IMG/VR virus record: IMGVR_UViG_3300037440_000410
Length of the DNA stretch: 20,000 bases
Reading direction: 5' to 3' (one strand)
DNA from: an uncultured virus (IMG/VR IMGVR_UViG_3300037440_000410)
Lineage: Duplodnaviria; Heunggongvirae; Uroviricota; Caudoviricetes
The translations under genes and the position numbers were made by a program. The notes under the pieces are model-generated. The model searched no databases and was not told the origin of the DNA. It saw nothing but the letters and a program-made list of their open reading frames with translations. Shown one piece after another: positions 7,787 to 14,926 of this stretch; the stretch's first letter is position 1, and every line of letters begins with the position of its first letter.

Positions 7787-8037
7787 TTCCGGAGGTCACT
7801 GTTGGTGCCGCGTCCCTGATGGGCGCCCTCATATTCGCCACCGCGGCTGTCCGGTACGCGGTCGCTCCGGTGCCAAAGCCCGGCCAGCACCGCGCCCGCC
7901 GCCCGCAGCGTGTCCGCCCGGTCGAGGAGTACGTGCCCGCCTACCTCCTCGTGCCCGCCCAGCAACTGACCGCGTCGTGCCCCGACTGCGGCAGCCACAT
8001 CACCATCACCACCACCACGGCAGGGGGCCAGCGATGA
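7783..8037 (+). CDS. Small membrane-anchored protein with CPDC motif
   Basis: GTGA overlap; N-terminal hydrophobic helix; CxxC near the C-terminus. Confidence 0.6.
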   Translation: MIPEVTVGAASLMGALIFATAAVRYAVAPVPKPGQHRARRPQRVRPVEEYVPAYLLVPAQQLTASCPDCGSHITITTTTAGGQR

Positions 8038-8414
8038 GCCGCTACGACTGGATGGCCCAAGCCCTGTGCGCCCAGGTCGACCCCGGCCTGTGGCACTCCG
8101 ACCAGGGCGCCAACTACACGACAGCCAAACGCATCTGCGGCGCATGCCCCGTCAAGGTCGCGTGCGCCAACCACACGGCCCGCCTCGACACCGACACCCA
8201 CAGCCGGCACGGCATGTGGGCCGGCCAGACCCGAAAGCAGCGCGAAGCGAAACGCGCTCACGCCGAACGGCAGGCACGCCGTACCGAGATCGTCCGGCTG
8301 CTCGAGCGGGGCGGCATGGACGCCGAACAGATCGCCGACCACGTCGGATGCAGTGAACGCACCGTCTGGCGCGTACAGAAAGCCCACCGCGCCCAGATGG
8401 GAGTGGCCGCATGA
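8034..8414 (+). CDS. WhiB-family Fe-S transcription factor with C-terminal HTH
   Basis: WMAQALC...AKRICGACPVKVAC...GMWAG (4 Cys + G-x-W-x-G), then MDAEQIADHVGCSERTVWRV HTH. Confidence 0.88.
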   Translation: MSRYDWMAQALCAQVDPGLWHSDQGANYTTAKRICGACPVKVACANHTARLDTDTHSRHGMWAGQTRKQREAKRAHAERQARRTEIVRLLERGGMDAEQIADHVGCSERTVWRVQKAHRAQMGVAA

Positions 8415-8896
8415 ACGCCCTGTTCACCCCCCCTGACGGCGACTCGTGGATGGCCCAGGCCGCCTGCCGCAGCGAAGGCATCAACCCCGAGTGGTTCTTC
8501 CCCGCGCAGGAGAACGGCCCGTCCCTGTCGACCGCCCGCGGTGTCTGCGCCGGCTGCAGGGTCAGGCAGTCCTGCTACGACGACGTGATGGCCGCGGAGG
8601 CCGGTAAGGGCGAAGGCTCCCGGCATGGCGTGTACGCCGGTCTGACGGGCAACCAGCGCGCCCACCTGTACAAGCGGGCCGCGAGCCGCGCCAGGCGGGA
8701 ACGGGCCGCCGTCGAAGCGCCTGCGGCGCCTGCCGAGCCGAGGCCGTCCAGGCCGAAACTCGCGCCGTGCGGCACCCGGTCCGCGTACCAGCGGCACATC
8801 AAGAAGGGCGAGCCCGTCGACGACGCGTGCCGGAAGGCGAACACGGACGCGGACAACCGGCTGCGTCGGACCGGCAGCACGAAGCGCGCGGCCTGA
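8411..8896 (+). CDS. WhiB-family transcription factor with C-terminal CGT...RH...C module
   Basis: WMAQAAC...WFFP...ARGVCAGCRVRQSC...GVYAGLT; C-terminal PCGTRSAYQRHIKKGEPVDDAC. Confidence 0.88.
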   Translation: MNALFTPPDGDSWMAQAACRSEGINPEWFFPAQENGPSLSTARGVCAGCRVRQSCYDDVMAAEAGKGEGSRHGVYAGLTGNQRAHLYKRAASRARRERAAVEAPAAPAEPRPSRPKLAPCGTRSAYQRHIKKGEPVDDACRKANTDADNRLRRTGSTKRAA

Positions 8897-9126
8897 TGAC
8901 CGGCTGGCTCGGTGGTCTGCAAGTGCGTGCAGGTCAGGTCCCGGTCGCGGACTGGCTGTGCGCCGCCTGCCTCCTGCACCGCCGGGCCACCGGCAAACGC
9001 CGCGTGATCGACCTCGTCACCTCCGACCCCACCACCATCCACCGGGACCAATGCCCGGCCCGCAAGACCACCTGGCAGCGGCCCGCCGCAACCTGCGGCG
9101 GGCCACCCACCCAAGGAGAACACCCC
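8896..9126 (+). CDS. Small Cys/His protein (MTGWLGGLQVR...CAAC...HRDQC) running in frame into the vWA gene
   Basis: TGATG overlap with the whiB stop. No stop before the vWA ATG; TGG at 9073 sits where a stop would be expected. Confidence 0.55.
9082..9122 (+). repeat. Hairpin+RBS leader repeat, copy 1
   Basis: CCCGCCGCAACCTGCGGCGGGCCACCCACCCAAGGAGAACA; second copy at 9828-9872. Confidence 0.8.
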
Positions 9127-9813
9127 ATGATCAGCATCACCAACGTCGAGCAGCAGGCCCCCGGCCTCGTCTCCCTCGCCAAGACCGCCGCCGTCAGCCT
9201 GGAGAAGAACGGCCTCGGCGGGCAGCGCGCCGCCGTCCAGCTCGTCCTCGACCACTCCGGCAGCATGGCTCCCTTCTACGCCAACGGGTCGGTGCAGCGC
9301 CTTGCCGAGCAAGCCCTCGGCCTCAGCGTGAACCTCGACGACGACGGCGCAGTGCCGGTCATCTTCTTCGGCTCCCGCGCCGAGCAGCATGACGACGCCC
9401 GCCTCGACAACTACGCCGGGATCATCGACCACACCCACCAGGGTGTGCGCTGGGGCTCGACGGACTACGTCGCCGGGATGGACGCGGCAATCGCCGAGTA
9501 CCGCAACTCCGGGGCCACGGACCCGGCGCTCGTCATCTTCCAGACGGATGGCGAGCCGGACGACCGCGGCGCCGCCGAACGCGCGCTGCGGGCCGCGTCG
9601 ACGCTGCCGATCTTCTGGGCGTTCGTCGGGTTCGGCGGGCGCGTCTCCTTCCTGGAGAAGCTCGACGACCTCAGCGGGCGGGCCGTCGACAACGCTTCCT
9701 TCTTCCACGCGGCGAACCCGCATGCCGTGACCGACGAGCAGCTCTACGACGGGATCACCAGCGAGTTCGCGGGCTGGCTCGCCGCCGCTCGCGCCGCCGG
9801 AGTTCTCCGCTAA
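9127..9813 (+). CDS. vWA domain protein of the TerF-C-terminal (vWA-TerF-like) type
   Basis: MIDAS motif LVLDHSGSM, GSTDY, VIFQTDG, plus PIFWAFVGFG, LEKLDD, VDNASFF, LYDGITSEF; AAGGAG RBS. Confidence 0.85.
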   Translation: MISITNVEQQAPGLVSLAKTAAVSLEKNGLGGQRAAVQLVLDHSGSMAPFYANGSVQRLAEQALGLSVNLDDDGAVPVIFFGSRAEQHDDARLDNYAGIIDHTHQGVRWGSTDYVAGMDAAIAEYRNSGATDPALVIFQTDGEPDDRGAAERALRAASTLPIFWAFVGFGGRVSFLEKLDDLSGRAVDNASFFHAANPHAVTDEQLYDGITSEFAGWLAAARAAGVLR

Positions 9814-9827
9814 CCACCTGACCACGC

Positions 9828-9872
9828 CCCGCCGCAACCGAACTGCGGCGGTCTACCCACCCAAGGAGAACA
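9828..9872 (+). repeat. Hairpin+RBS leader repeat, copy 2
   Basis: CCCGCCGCAACCGAACTGCGGCGGTCTACCCACCCAAGGAGAACA. Confidence 0.8.
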
Positions 9873-9874
9873 TG

Positions 9875-11035
9875 ATGAGTACGAGACTGACGGAACTGTC
9901 GCCAGACCAGGTGGCGGCTCTCGCCACTACCCGCGAAAGATGGCTCGCCCACGGTCTCGCGACCGGCCCCGCCGACCGTGCGGAGGCAGAGGCGGGGGTG
10001 CGTGATGCATATCGTGCTGCTGGTTTGGAGCCGCCGCAGGCTGTGATCTGGCTCGATTCGCCGATGGCTGGCGCGATTGCTGCCTGGATGCTCACGACTG
10101 CTCGGGCTCAGGTCGGGGCTCAGGTCGGGGATCAGGTCGGGGATCAGGTCTGGGCTCAGGTCGGGGCTCAGGTCCGGGCTCAGGTCGGGGCTCAGGTCCG
10201 GGCTCAGGTCGGGGCTCAGGTCTGGGATCAGGTCTGGGATCAGGTCGGGGCTCAGGTCCGGGCTCAGGTCCGGGCTCAGGTCGGGGCTCAGGTCGGGGCT
10301 CAGGTCCGGGATCAGGTCCGGGCTCAGGTCCGGGATCAGGTCGGGGCTCAGGTCCGGGATCAGGTCCGGGCTCAGGTCTACAAGGCCGTACCCGGACAAC
10401 ACGACGCCGGATGGCTCGCCTTCTACGACTACTTCCACACCCACTGCACCATCCAAGAAGCAGACCGCCTCACCAGCATGATGCGCGTCGCCAAAAGCGC
10501 AGGCTGGTGGTGGCCGTTCGCCAACGCCGTCATCCTCACCGAACGCCCCACCAGCCTCCACCGCGACAGCCAAGGCCGCCTCCACCACGAGACCGGCCCC
10601 GCACTCGCCTACCCCGACGGATTCGCCATCTGGGCATGGCACGGCACCCGCGTCCCCCGCGACCTCATCGAAACCGGCTGGGACCTCAAGCAGATCTTCG
10701 ATGAACCCAACGCGGAAATCCGTCGCTGCGCCATCGAACGCATCGGCTGGGACCAGTTCATCCAGGACTCCGGCCTGAAGAAAGTCGCCTCCGCCCCCGA
10801 CCCGGGCAACGCCCCCTACCACCTCGCACTGTATGACCTGCCCGACGAACTCTCCGACCTGTACGACGACGAGGCCCGCATCCTCCTGTGCGTCAACGGC
10901 ACCGAAGAACGCGACGGCACTCGCCACCGTTTCGGGCTCCCTGTCCCCGCGCACCACACAGACCCCGTCGAAGCCGCAGCCGACCTCTACGGCTGGCCCG
11001 TCGCCGCCTACCGGCAGATGGAGGTGCGCCGCTGA
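9875..11035 (+). CDS. DUF6745-like protein with tetrapeptide repeat
   Basis: N-terminal [33 protein letters not shown]-terminal GWWWP...[13 protein letters not shown]...[28 protein letters not shown]. Start could be ATG 9872 or 9875; 9875 has the better RBS spacing. Confidence 0.8.
   Translation: MSTRLTELSPDQVAALATTRERWLAHGLATGPADRAEAEAGVRDAYRAAGLEPPQAVIWLDSPMAGAIAAWMLTTARAQVGAQVGDQVGDQVWAQVGAQVRAQVGAQVRAQVGAQVWDQVWDQVGAQVRAQVRAQVGAQVGAQVRDQVRAQVRDQVGAQVRDQVRAQVYKAVPGQHDAGWLAFYDYFHTHCTIQEADRLTSMMRVAKSAGWWWPFANAVILTERPTSLHRDSQGRLHHETGPALAYPDGFAIWAWHGTRVPRDLIETGWDLKQIFDEPNAEIRRCAIERIGWDQFIQDSGLKKVASAPDPGNAPYHLALYDLPDELSDLYDDEARILLCVNGTEERDGTRHRFGLPVPAHHTDPVEAAADLYGWPVAAYRQMEVRR
10103..10378 (+). 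repeat. Coding tandem repeat, 23 x 12 bp (NGG GMT CAG GTC) = (R/G/W)(A/D)QV
   Basis: Counted directly from the sequence and the translation; 276 bp. Confidence 0.95.
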
Positions 11036-11089
11036 CCTCGCGGCGCACCCGGCACCCACACCACCCAACAGAAAGAGAAGGAAATCATC

Positions 11090-11491
11090 GTGGCAACTCT
11101 CGCTCAGATCGAGCAGCAGACCGGCGTCAGCGTCTTCGACTGGCTGGCCCGCGAAGCCGAAGTCCCCGTCGTAACCCGTGCGGCCTGCCAGGGCGACGTC
11201 AGCGTCCTCCGCGTCACCACCGCCCCCGCAACCCTGCCGCTGCCGCAGGCCGGTGTCGCCGTGGTCCGCGGCGAGGCAGGCGGCAACACCCACTCGCTTC
11301 ACGGCCCGGTCTTGTGGGACACGGCCGACGGCCGGGACGGACAGCTCGTCCTGGGCACGCTGACCGTCCCCGAGGGCGAGCAGGCGGTCCTCGCGCACCC
11401 GGAGCACGGATTCCTCGCCATCACGCCCGGCACGTACCGGGTCGGGCGTCAGCGGGAGTACGCGGGTGAGTGGCAGATGGTCGCCGACTAG
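11090..11491 (+). CDS. Small beta-rich partner of the DUF6745-like gene (QGDV...GEAGGNTH...HPEHG...PGTYRVGRQREY)
   Basis: AAGGA RBS before GTG 11090; the motif set matches small proteins I recall next to DUF6745 genes. Confidence 0.75.
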   Translation: MATLAQIEQQTGVSVFDWLAREAEVPVVTRAACQGDVSVLRVTTAPATLPLPQAGVAVVRGEAGGNTHSLHGPVLWDTADGRDGQLVLGTLTVPEGEQAVLAHPEHGFLAITPGTYRVGRQREYAGEWQMVAD

Positions 11492-11545
11492 TAGCACCCC
11501 GAGAAACCGGCGGCCGGCCGACTTCCCCCAACAAGCCGGCCGCCA

Positions 11546-11589
11546 CCCGGTCCCGTCCGACCTCACCCCCGGAGGCGGGCGGGACCGGG
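11546..11589. terminator. Long GC stem-loop after the DUF6745 pair
   Basis: CCCGGTCCCGTCCG-A-CCTC pairs with GAGG-CGGGCGGGACCGGG (one bulge, one G-U); a second hairpin lies at about 11510-11543. Confidence 0.55.
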
Positions 11590-11616
11590 CCCCAACCACC
11601 AGCAGAAAGGCACACC

Positions 11617-11829
11617 GTGACCAGCAGCCGCACCCTCTACGCCCGCCTCGTCGACCCCGAACGCGCCACCACCCGCAAGACGGCCGCCCGCCTCTACACC
11701 CAAGGCGCCACCATCCAATCCGTCGCACGCGAGATCGGCGGCTCGTACTGGCTGGCCCGCACGTTGCTCCTCGAAGCCGACGTGCAGCTGCGCGGACGCG
11801 GCGGCGGCGCACGGAAGGCAGGCGCCTGA
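11617..11829 (+). CDS. Small HTH protein (HTH_58-like) with RGRGG tail
   Basis: GAAAGG RBS; LYTQGATIQSVAREIGGSYWLARTLLLEADVQLRGRGG. Confidence 0.75.
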   Translation: MTSSRTLYARLVDPERATTRKTAARLYTQGATIQSVAREIGGSYWLARTLLLEADVQLRGRGGGARKAGA

Positions 11830-12170
11830 TGGACACCGACGAGACCCCGGCGAGCGCCGACGCGGTCACCCCCGAAGTCGCCGACGAACTCCGAGCCATG
11901 CACGCCATCGCCCGCACCGTGCGCGGCTCAACCCCGATCGATGACCCGAAGCGGAAGGTCGGCGAAGAGTTCACCGAGGCGCTCGCCGTCCTCGTCGAAC
12001 AGGGCGTCACCGTCTACCGGCTCGCCAAGGTCCTCGGGATAGGCCACCAGGCCGTGTACGCGCGGCTTGCCCGTCGCGGCTACCGGAAGGCCGCCCCGTC
12101 CCACGCCCACACCGCGTACCGCAACACCACGATCTGGGACGCCCGCCGCGCCAACCAGGCCGACCAGTAG
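11829..12170 (+). CDS. HTH DNA-binding protein
   Basis: TGATG overlap; GVTVYRLAKVLGIGHQAVYARLARRGY HTH. Confidence 0.75.
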   Translation: MDTDETPASADAVTPEVADELRAMHAIARTVRGSTPIDDPKRKVGEEFTEALAVLVEQGVTVYRLAKVLGIGHQAVYARLARRGYRKAAPSHAHTAYRNTTIWDARRANQADQ

Positions 12171-12179
12171 CAGCACGAA

Positions 12180-12203
12180 GCCCCGCACCACACGGTGCGG
12201 GGC
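12180..12203. terminator. Stem-loop upstream of the HNH-helicase gene
   Basis: GCCCCGCACC-ACAC-GGTGCGGGGC, 10-bp perfect stem. Confidence 0.55.
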
Positions 12204-12241
12204 GCGGGTCCACCCCTCCGACCGGACACGAAAGGCCGCCC

Positions 12242-14275
12242 ATGGCCAGGCGCTTCAACACCAGGCAACGAGTCGCCCTCTGTCTCGCCGCTGACGGGTG
12301 CTGCGAGATGTGCGGAACCGAACTCGAACGCGGCTGGCATGCCGATCACTCAACCCCTTGGTCCCGTGGCGGAGAGACCGACGTTATCAACGGCCAAGCC
12401 CTCTGCCCCACCTGCAACCTTAGGAAAGGCTCCAGAATGCCCCTGTCTCCCCGCGCCTGGCAGCGACGCTTCATCGCGAAGTACCACGCCCACACCGGCA
12501 CCGACTTCCTCTGCGTCGCGTGCCCCGGCGCCGGCAAGACGCACGGTGCTGCATACATCACGGCGGACCTCCTGCGCGACGGAGTCATCGACCGCGTTCT
12601 GATCGTTGTGCCGGGATCAACTCTGCGTGGGCAGTGGGCGAAGACGTTCAGCGAGCACGGTATCCGCATCGACGGCAGCACCATGAACGACAAGACCGAC
12701 CATCACCCCAGGTACTGGCGCGGCGAGATCGACGCGCAAGACGGCCACCCCGTCCAGGGGTGGGCGATCACGTACCACTCCCTGGACGCCAACCCGGAGT
12801 ACCACCGGGTCCTCAATAGCCGGAAGCGCACCCTCGTGATCCTCGACGAGGTCCACCACCTCGGTGACGAAGGGGCATGGGGCAAGAGCGCCGAGGAAGC
12901 GCTCAGCGTATGCACGCGCAGGCTCAGCCTGTCTGGGACGCCATTCCGCAGCGACAACGCGAAGATCCCGTTCGCCACTTACTACCCCCGCGGCCACGAG
13001 AAAGCCGGATGGGTGCGGTTCACCGACGACGATCACCTCGGTCCATTCGCCGCCGGCTTCGACTACTCGTACGGCGTCGCCCTATCCGAGAAGCCCGCAC
13101 CGGTGCGCCCCGCAGTCTTCGAGATGTACGACAGCGACGTCTCATGGTTCGACGCGAAGGCGTTCAAAGATCGCACCGTCCGCCTCTCCCAGGAAAACCT
13201 CACCAAGAACCTCCGGCGCAAGGCCAACCGAATGGTCCTTGACCCCGCGGGGCAGTGGCTTGAGGAAGCGCTTCGGGCGGCCGACGAACGACTCACCTCC
13301 GTACAGGTCGAGGGCGACGCCGACGCGAAGGGTCTCGTGGTGTGCCTCGATACGGAGCACGCGCACGACGTCGCGCAGGTCCTGGCTCGCGTGACCGGCG
13401 TCCGCACGGTGCCCGTCGCAGCGTCCAAGGGCGAGGACGGAACCGACAGCTCTAAGCAGGCAGGGGCCGCCATCGAGGCGTTCAAGAACAGCCGGGACCG
13501 CTGGATCGTGGCCGTGGCCATGGTCTCGGAAGGCGTCGACATCCCGAAGCTCCGCGTCGGCGTGTACGCCACCAACAAGCGGACCGAGTTGTTCTTCCGC
13601 CAGGTCCTCGGGCGCCTGGTGCGCGTGAGGGAGGACCTGCCCCGGGACGTCGACCAGACCGCTTACATGTTCGTCCCGAAGGAAGAGGGCATCGTCGCCC
13701 TCGCCGACGCGGTGACCCGCGAGATCGGCGACGGCGTGATGGCGTCACTGGACGTCGACGACGAGGACGACCAAACCCGCGACCGCGGGGAGGGCAGCAG
13801 TCAAGGGAGCCTGTTCGCCGACCAGTTCCAGGGAGCGACCGGTGAAGCGGCCGGCTTCCTGCTGCCGGGATCCGGCACGTTCGACCACGAACAGGTAAGC
13901 CGGATCGCCGCGGAGGCCGGTCACGCTCCGGGCATCGTCCTCGGCGTCCTCCAGGCGGCTCAGCGAACTGGCATCACGTTCGGCCCTGGGTTCGGTCATC
14001 CGTCTCCGACCGTTCCGCAGCAGCAGGCCCAGGCTGCCCCTGAGGAGCCGTGGGAGGTCAGGGCGAGGGCCCGCCGCGCGTCTCTGGACAAGGCGGTGAA
14101 GCAGATCGCCGGGAAGCGGATGCGCAATCAGGGTGGCGGCGACTTCGGCCCGATGATGCAGCACGTGTGGTCGGAGTTGAAGAAGCGCTCCGGCATCGCC
14201 GACCTGCGCCGCGCGGACATCCCGGAGCTAGACAAGGCGGTCGCGGTTGCCCGCGAGATGTGGGCGGCGCTGTGA
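12242..14275 (+). CDS. HNH endonuclease fused to SF2 (DExH) helicase/translocase
   Basis: N-terminal CEMC...HADHSTPWSRGG...NGQALCPTCNLRKG (HNH); helicase Q motif RAWQ, Walker A PGAGKT, ILDEVHH, LSGTPFR, MVSEGVDIP, QVLGRLVR. Confidence 0.9.
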   Translation: MARRFNTRQRVALCLAADGCCEMCGTELERGWHADHSTPWSRGGETDVINGQALCPTCNLRKGSRMPLSPRAWQRRFIAKYHAHTGTDFLCVACPGAGKTHGAAYITADLLRDGVIDRVLIVVPGSTLRGQWAKTFSEHGIRIDGSTMNDKTDHHPRYWRGEIDAQDGHPVQGWAITYHSLDANPEYHRVLNSRKRTLVILDEVHHLGDEGAWGKSAEEALSVCTRRLSLSGTPFRSDNAKIPFATYYPRGHEKAGWVRFTDDDHLGPFAAGFDYSYGVALSEKPAPVRPAVFEMYDSDVSWFDAKAFKDRTVRLSQENLTKNLRRKANRMVLDPAGQWLEEALRAADERLTSVQVEGDADAKGLVVCLDTEHAHDVAQVLARVTGVRTVPVAASKGEDGTDSSKQAGAAIEAFKNSRDRWIVAVAMVSEGVDIPKLRVGVYATNKRTELFFRQVLGRLVRVREDLPRDVDQTAYMFVPKEEGIVALADAVTREIGDGVMASLDVDDEDDQTRDRGEGSSQGSLFADQFQGATGEAAGFLLPGSGTFDHEQVSRIAAEAGHAPGIVLGVLQAAQRTGITFGPGFGHPSPTVPQQQAQAAPEEPWEVRARARRASLDKAVKQIAGKRMRNQGGGDFGPMMQHVWSELKKRSGIADLRRADIPELDKAVAVAREMWAAL

Positions 14276-14871
14276 ACACGCGGGGCCATTGGACGGTGGT
14301 CCGCGAGGTGATCTCGTCGACGAGGACCGGGGCGGATGTCATGTCCGCCCTGCCGGGCCTGGTGCGGCGGCTGCTGGACGAGGACGCATGGCAGGAGTTC
14401 GACGCGCCTCCGCCGAGCGGTCACACCGAGTACGCATCGTTCCGGGAATTCGTCGAGGCGCCGGCGCCTGCTGGTTTGGGCAGTCGCCTGGGGCATCTGC
14501 TGGCGCTGTGCGGAAGCGATGACGATCTGCGCGGGCGGGTGCAGCGCTTGTACGACGAGGAGATCCAGCCGCTCGCCAAGCATGGCGGCGATCGTAGGCC
14601 GGATGGAGGCCAAGGTAATCGGATTACCTTGACGATGCAGCGCGGTGATTCCCGCGACTACGTGATCGCTCGCCTCGAACGGGACGACCCGCAGCTTGCC
14701 CAACGGGTGAAGCGTGGCGAGATCACGGCAACGGCCGCATCCCGACTCAAGGGATGGAAGAAGCCCCAGATCACGGTGACGTCGCCCGAGTCCATTGCGC
14801 GCGCACTGCGCAAGCACCTCGGCCCCGACGACCTCGCCGCGCTCGCACGTCTCCTCGCCGACAACACCTGA
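14272..14871 (+). CDS. Hypothetical protein coupled to the helicase (HGGDRR linker, C-terminal helical/HTH-like region)
   Basis: GTGA overlap; motifs FREFVEAPAPAGLG, KHGGDRR, DYVIARLERDDPQLAQRVKRGEITATAA. Confidence 0.75.
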   Translation: MNTRGHWTVVREVISSTRTGADVMSALPGLVRRLLDEDAWQEFDAPPPSGHTEYASFREFVEAPAPAGLGSRLGHLLALCGSDDDLRGRVQRLYDEEIQPLAKHGGDRRPDGGQGNRITLTMQRGDSRDYVIARLERDDPQLAQRVKRGEITATAASRLKGWKKPQITVTSPESIARALRKHLGPDDLAALARLLADNT

Positions 14872-14878
14872 CCACCCC

Positions 14879-14905
14879 AGGGGCGGCCCACCACGGGCCG
14901 CCCCT
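14879..14905. terminator. Stem-loop
   Basis: AGGGGCGGCCC-ACCAC-GGGCCGCCCCT, 11-bp perfect stem. Confidence 0.55.
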
Positions 14906-14926
14906 CCAACCCGTGAACGGGACCCC

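Noticed and set aside
3264..9837. Numerous long minus-strand ORFs (e.g. 3352-4626, 4010-5146, 6245-7474, 8575-9837)
   Set aside because: They overlap coupled plus-strand genes that have RBSs and recognisable motifs, and show no motifs of their own.
10103..10378. CRISPR array or DGR variable region
   Set aside because: The units are contiguous 12-mers with no spacers. There is no cas or reverse transcriptase gene and no template repeat in the window, and the variation is not adenine-specific.
10077..10481. Alternative-frame (LRSG)n ORF
   Set aside because: Produced by the stop-free repeat; no RBS; the DUF6745-like frame explains the region.
9755..12010. 751-aa minus-strand ORF with SPDL/IPDL repeats
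   Set aside because: Antisense shadow of well-supported plus-strand genes; stop codons are rare in GC-rich DNA.
12242..14275. Type I/III restriction-modification Res subunit
   Set aside because: No methyltransferase or specificity subunit in the window; the nuclease is an N-terminal HNH rather than PD-(D/E)xK.
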